From assembly GCA_963808235.1 (NCBI GenBank), contig CAWEEQ010000004.1, forward strand, positions 2,880,001 through 2,944,000: DNA of 64,000 bases. Direction: 5' to 3'. The position numbers and the translations under genes are program-made. Positions 59,796 through 64,000 of the stretch are shown in pieces (within the stretch, counting starts at the first letter, position 1; each line of letters opens with the position of its first letter). Under the pieces are notes generated by a model. It was not told the DNA's origin. It was given only the letters and a program-made list of their open reading frames with translations, and did no database searches. This stretch comes from an uncultured delta proteobacterium (lineage in GTDB: Bacteria > Desulfobacterota > Binatia > Binatales > Binataceae).

Positions 59796-60362
59796 TCAAG
59801 TTTTAGAATGCTCAGGCTTGGCCTCCGCCATCCCCGTTGGTAGGCCGTCGATGCTGCGCAGGTTGTGAGCCTGCTGGTACTTTTCCTTTTTTTCTTCGCC
59901 GCGTGTCGTCCAGTATTTTTCGAGCGTGTCGCGTGCTGTCATCTCGCCCATCTTGGGCACGCCGTAACCGCATGAGGTCATCGCCGATTCGACGCAGATC
60001 TCCATAATCTGGCGCACTCCCGGGAGTTTCGTGAAGTGCGCGATCAGTTCTGGCCATCGCGCATCTGTAGGACGAACTACCGCGCCGCGTCCGTAGATGC
60101 GCGCGATCGAAGCGTTCTGGTCGAACGAGCAGAACATGATCGTGATGCGGCCGTCGTGCAGTAGATGCGCCGCGGTTTCGTTGCCGCTGCCGGTCAAATC
60201 CAGGTAGGCGACGCGCTTTTCATCGAGCACCCGGAAGGTGTCCATCCCCTTCGGCGACAGGTTGATTCGCGCTCCCGGCGCCGCCGTCGCGACGAAGAAT
60301 ACCGGCTGCGCGCGTATGAAGGTCGCGAGTTCCGGAGTCATCGTGTCGAAGAAGTTGGACAT
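59796..60362 (-). CDS. Pyridoxamine 5'-phosphate oxidase family protein
   Basis: FFVATA, INLSPKG, YLDLTGSGNETAAH, TSCGYGVP, SIDGLP. Confidence 0.92.
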   Translation of the reverse strand: MSNFFDTMTPELATFIRAQPVFFVATAAPGARINLSPKGMDTFRVLDEKRVAYLDLTGSGNETAAHLLHDGRITIMFCSFDQNASIARIYGRGAVVRPTDARWPELIAHFTKLPGVRQIMEICVESAMTSCGYGVPKMGEMTARDTLEKYWTTRGEEKKEKYQQAHNLRSIDGLPTGMAEAKPEHSKT

Positions 60363-60388
60363 GCGCACTTTCCTCTTGCAAAGATTGC

Positions 60389-60402
60389 TTAACTATAGTT
60401 AA
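60389..60402. promoter_or_regulatory. Probable MarR operator
   Basis: Perfect palindrome TTAACTATAGTTAA between the divergent PNPOx-family and marR genes. Confidence 0.7.
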
Positions 60403-60413
60403 TATCTTTCCTG

Positions 60414-60890
60414 ATGCAAGCAAATGGCCGCCGCGACCCGATCTTCCGCGCCATCGAAGCGATGACCGCGCTGGCGGAAATCTTCGAGCGCCGGCGCGAG
60501 GTGCTGGCTCGCGACGCCGGTATCACCATCGAGCAGTGGCGCGTGCTCGAGGAAATTTCGACTCAACATTTCATTCCCTCCATGTTCGCGAAGAGCCGCG
60601 ACAGCTCGGCCGCCGCGGTCTCGAAAATCCTGCGCCAACTCCTTGATACCGGACTGGTTTCCGCCGCGATAGGTAGCACCGACCGCAGAAACCGGCATTA
60701 CAAATTGACCGCCAAAGGACTTCGAACGCTCAGCGAGCTGCGCAGTGCGCGCGAGAAGGCGATCGAGGCCATCTGGACCGGATTTTCGCGCGACGAGCTG
60801 GCCGCATTCAGCAATTTCGCATCGACACTGTCAGATCGGATCGAGCACTATTCGCGCGCCAAGACTGCGCACCGCGCAGCGGCAACCTGA
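60414..60890 (+). CDS. MarR family regulator
   Basis: GITIEQWRVL, DRRNRHYKLTAKG. Confidence 0.9.
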   Translation: MQANGRRDPIFRAIEAMTALAEIFERRREVLARDAGITIEQWRVLEEISTQHFIPSMFAKSRDSSAAAVSKILRQLLDTGLVSAAIGSTDRRNRHYKLTAKGLRTLSELRSAREKAIEAIWTGFSRDELAAFSNFASTLSDRIEHYSRAKTAHRAAAT

Positions 60891-60950
60891 GCCGGGTTTC
60901 CAGTTCGCCGCCGGTTTTACTAATTACTGACTATCGGGAGTTGAAACGCG

Positions 60951-62360
60951 ATGGCCGCAAAAACTTTGTTCGAAAAAATCTGGGAGGAGCATGTGGTTCA
61001 CGAGGAGCCGCATCATCCGTCCTTGCTCTACATCGACCTGCACCTGATTCACGAGGTCACCTCGCCGCAGGCGTTCGCGGGCCTGCGAGATTCGGGGCGC
61101 AAGATTCGCGCGCCGCATCGGACTTTCGCGACCATGGATCACAACGTCCCGACCACCGATCGAAGCAAGCCGATCACAGACCCCGACTCGAAACTTCAGG
61201 TCGAGACGCTGCGCCGCAACTGCGAAGACTTCGGCGTGAAGCTCTACGATCTCGGCTCGCGAGAGCAGGGAATTATCCACGTGATCGGCCCCGAGCTCGG
61301 ATTGACGCAGCCGGGGATGACGATCGTGTGCGGCGACAGCCACACCGCGACTCACGGCGCATTCGGCGCGCTCGCGTTTGGAATCGGCACCAGCGAAGTC
61401 GAGCACGTGCTCGCGACGCAGTGCCTATGGGAAGAGCGGCCGCAGACCTTTGAAATTCGCGTCGATGGAAAGCTTGGCGTGGGTGTCGGCGCGAAGGATC
61501 TGATCCTCGGCATCATCGGCAGGATCACCACCAACGGCGCGACCGGCCACGTGATCGAGTATCGCGGCTCGGCGATCGAGGCGCTCTCGATGGAAGAGCG
61601 GATGACTGTCTGCAACATGTCGATCGAAGCGGGCGCGCGCGCCGGGATGGTCGCGGCGGACAAGACAACTGTCAACTATCTGCGCGGACGCCGCTACGTC
61701 CCGCCTGGTGCGGATTTTGAGAAACTAGCCGCGCGATGGCTCCAATGCCGCAGCGACGACGGCGCGAAATTCGATCGCAGCGTCACCTTCGACGCCGCAT
61801 CGTTCGCGCCGCAAGTGACGTGGGGCACCAACCCCGGCATGGTCACCGACATCCGCGGAGTCGTGCCCAATCCCAGTGACATCGGCGACCCGGCGCAGCG
61901 TGGCACGGTCGAGCGCGCGCTCGATTACATGGCGCTTCGCCCCGGAACCCGAATCGAAGACATCAAAATCGATCGCGTTTTTATCGGCTCGTGCACCAAT
62001 TCGAGACTCACCGATCTGAAAGTCGCGGCAGGCATCGTCAAGGGCAAGCATGTCGCGGCGAGCGTGCACGCGATGGTCGTGCCGGGATCACAGGAGGTTA
62101 AGCTCGAGGCGGAGAGCCTCGGCCTTGATCGCATTTTCACCGAGGCTGGGTTCGAGTGGCGCGAGTCCGGATGCAGCATGTGTCTCGCGATGAATCCCGA
62201 CGTACTTGCGCCGGGCGAGCGATGCGCGAGCACCTCGAATCGCAACTTCGAGGGACGCCAGGGCAAGGGCGGGCGCACGCATCTGGTGAGTCCCGCGATG
62301 GCGGCGGCAGCGGCGATCGCCGGGCATTTCGTGGACGTGCGCGACTGGGCAAAGAATTAA
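60951..62360 (+). CDS. leuC: 3-isopropylmalate dehydratase large subunit
   Basis: [42 protein letters not shown]. Confidence 0.98.
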   Translation: MAAKTLFEKIWEEHVVHEEPHHPSLLYIDLHLIHEVTSPQAFAGLRDSGRKIRAPHRTFATMDHNVPTTDRSKPITDPDSKLQVETLRRNCEDFGVKLYDLGSREQGIIHVIGPELGLTQPGMTIVCGDSHTATHGAFGALAFGIGTSEVEHVLATQCLWEERPQTFEIRVDGKLGVGVGAKDLILGIIGRITTNGATGHVIEYRGSAIEALSMEERMTVCNMSIEAGARAGMVAADKTTVNYLRGRRYVPPGADFEKLAARWLQCRSDDGAKFDRSVTFDAASFAPQVTWGTNPGMVTDIRGVVPNPSDIGDPAQRGTVERALDYMALRPGTRIEDIKIDRVFIGSCTNSRLTDLKVAAGIVKGKHVAASVHAMVVPGSQEVKLEAESLGLDRIFTEAGFEWRESGCSMCLAMNPDVLAPGERCASTSNRNFEGRQGKGGRTHLVSPAMAAAAAIAGHFVDVRDWAKN

Positions 62361-62374
62361 GAGGGAGAAGCACG

Positions 62375-62980
62375 ATGCAACCATTCAAGAATTTCACCGC
62401 GATGGTCGCGCCGCTCGATCGCGCCAACGTCGATACCGATCAGATCATTCCCAAACAATTTCTGAAGGCGGTGGTGCGCACTGGTTTGAAGAAGGGTCTC
62501 TTTTTCGATTGGCGGCTGAATCCGGACGGCAGCGCGAACAAGGACTTCGAGCTGAACAAGCCGCGCTTCCAGGGCGCGTCGATTTTGGTCGCGCGCACGA
62601 ACTTTGGATGCGGCAGTTCGCGCGAGCACGCAGTCTGGGCGCTCCGCGACTACGGATTTCGCGCCGTGATCGCGCCAGGCTTCGCCGATATCTTCCACAA
62701 CAACTGCCTCAAGAACGGCTTTCTGCCGATTACCCTGCCCGATACCGACGTCGAGCACATCTTTCGCGCCACCGGCGACTACGAGGCGTATCGGCTGACG
62801 ATCGATCTGGAAAAACAGACGGTGTCAGATGACTTCGGATGGACCGTGCATTTCGACATCGAGCCATTCGACAAGAAGTGCCTGCTCGAAGGCCTCGACG
62901 ATATCGCGCTGACTCTCTCGCACGAAGATCGAATCGTCGCGTACGAGAAAACGCGTCCGCTCCCTCATCGCTTCGAATAG
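62375..62980 (+). CDS. leuD: 3-isopropylmalate dehydratase small subunit
   Basis: NVDTDQIIPKQFL, NFGCGSSREHA, FADIF, GLDDI. Confidence 0.98.
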   Translation: MQPFKNFTAMVAPLDRANVDTDQIIPKQFLKAVVRTGLKKGLFFDWRLNPDGSANKDFELNKPRFQGASILVARTNFGCGSSREHAVWALRDYGFRAVIAPGFADIFHNNCLKNGFLPITLPDTDVEHIFRATGDYEAYRLTIDLEKQTVSDDFGWTVHFDIEPFDKKCLLEGLDDIALTLSHEDRIVAYEKTRPLPHRFE

Positions 62981-62991
62981 AGGACGAGATC

Positions 62992-63189
62992 ATGAAATCG
63001 ATTGTGTCGATAGCTGTCGTCGCGCTTTGCTCGACCATCCTGGCCGGATGCTGGTTCTACTCGAGGCCCGTAGGTGACCCCAATGCCGGTTGCCAGAAAA
63101 CCACCTACGGCATCGTGACGGCGACCACCAGCAACACGAATTGCTCGCCTGACAACGCGCCTCCGCTACCGCCCCCTTCGAATCCGTAA
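62992..63189 (+). CDS. Small lipoprotein
   Basis: MKS...ILAGC lipobox with GAGGA RBS. Confidence 0.7.
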   Translation: MKSIVSIAVVALCSTILAGCWFYSRPVGDPNAGCQKTTYGIVTATTSNTNCSPDNAPPLPPPSNP

Positions 63190-63219
63190 TTTTTCTCCGT
63201 TCGTGGCATAATCGCTTTC

Positions 63220-64000
63220 GTGATTCTGCCTGCTTCAATCACCGCCGATGCGGCCCACGACCGGATGCGCCTCGACGTGTTTATCTCGACGCGCCTTGCG
63301 CCGGAATATTCGCGTTCACAGGTGGCGCGGATGATCAAGGCGGGTCTCGTGACCGTCAACGGCGCTGCTGCGCGTGCGTCGAGTGGCGTCAGGACTGGCG
63401 ATCGCGTCGAGGTCGCGCCGCCGCGTGCCGGTGAGCTGCACGAAGTCCACCATCAAACGAGCGGCGCCCCCGAAATCAGCGTGATCTTTGCCGACGACGA
63501 AATAATCGTCGTCAACAAGCCCGCCGGCATGACGGTGCATCCCGCTCCCGGGCATCCCGACGGCACGCTCGTCGACGGATTGCTCGCGAGGTTTCCCGAA
63601 CTCTCGGCGATGGCCGAGCCCGACGGAGTGCTGCGTCCCGGAATCGTGCATCGGCTCGACAAGGACACCTCGGGCGTGATGGTTGTCGCGCGCACTCCGT
63701 TCGCGCGCACCGCGCTATCGCGGCAGTTCAAGGATCGCAGCGTCAGCAAAATCTACCTCGCGATTGTCAAGGGAATCGTCGCGCGCGATCGCGTTACGAT
63801 CGAACGGCCGGTCGGGCGCCATCCGATCGAACGCAAGAAAATGTCCGTGCGATCGCACATGCCGCGCGACGCGATTAGCAAGGTGACAGTGTTGCGCCGC
63901 TTCGAGCCCGCGAGTCGCGACGGTCTCGAGCTGGGCGCGTCACTGGTCCGCGTGAAGCCCGAGACCGGCCGGATGCATCAGATTCGCGTCCATCTCGCGT
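63220..64000 (+). CDS. rluD: RluA/RluD family pseudouridine synthase (partial, runs off window end)
   Basis: S4 domain RLDVF..SRSQ, VNKPAGMTVHP, RPGIVHRLDKDTSG, ETGRMHQIRVH. Absent from the ORF track because it has no stop. Confidence 0.92.
   Translation, partial: MILPASITADAAHDRMRLDVFISTRLAPEYSRSQVARMIKAGLVTVNGAAARASSGVRTGDRVEVAPPRAGELHEVHHQTSGAPEISVIFADDEIIVVNKPAGMTVHPAPGHPDGTLVDGLLARFPELSAMAEPDGVLRPGIVHRLDKDTSGVMVVARTPFARTALSRQFKDRSVSKIYLAIVKGIVARDRVTIERPVGRHPIERKKMSVRSHMPRDAISKVTVLRRFEPASRDGLELGASLVRVKPETGRMHQIRVHLA

Overview
GC-rich bacterial chromosome segment. Gene content would fit a Deltaproteobacteria-like lineage such as Candidatus Binatia, but this is inference only. The left half (about 1-38.8 kb) is accessory: GSTs, VOC proteins, NUDIX, Usp, Fur, CoA-transferase, SppA, MFS, secreted hydrolases, a RelE-type toxin-antitoxin pair, an arylsulfatase, SDRs, and a complete cargo-carrying IS1595 element (31242-33911) with terminal inverted repeats and a target duplication. 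The right half is mostly housekeeping: tRNA-Leu(GAG)-secG-tpiA-pgk-gap, tolQRAB-pal-cpoB-ribF, a hemD-hemE fusion, hemH, hemY, dinB, leuCD and a partial rluD. The most striking feature is a 1.2-kb insert splitting the heme cluster (55131-56339). It holds a stand-alone 99-aa GIY-YIG endonuclease gene embedded in about 11 copies of a TGTC-tagged palindromic repeat. The two copies flanking the gene are inverted. Three copies carry a 25-bp sub-element inserted at the same site, and about 110-bp direct repeats bracket the gene. Diverged copies of the repeat elsewhere in the window show compensatory stem changes. The layout parallels RAYT/REP systems but with a GIY-YIG enzyme. About ten single-base frameshifts, some in housekeeping genes, are most likely sequencing or assembly errors.
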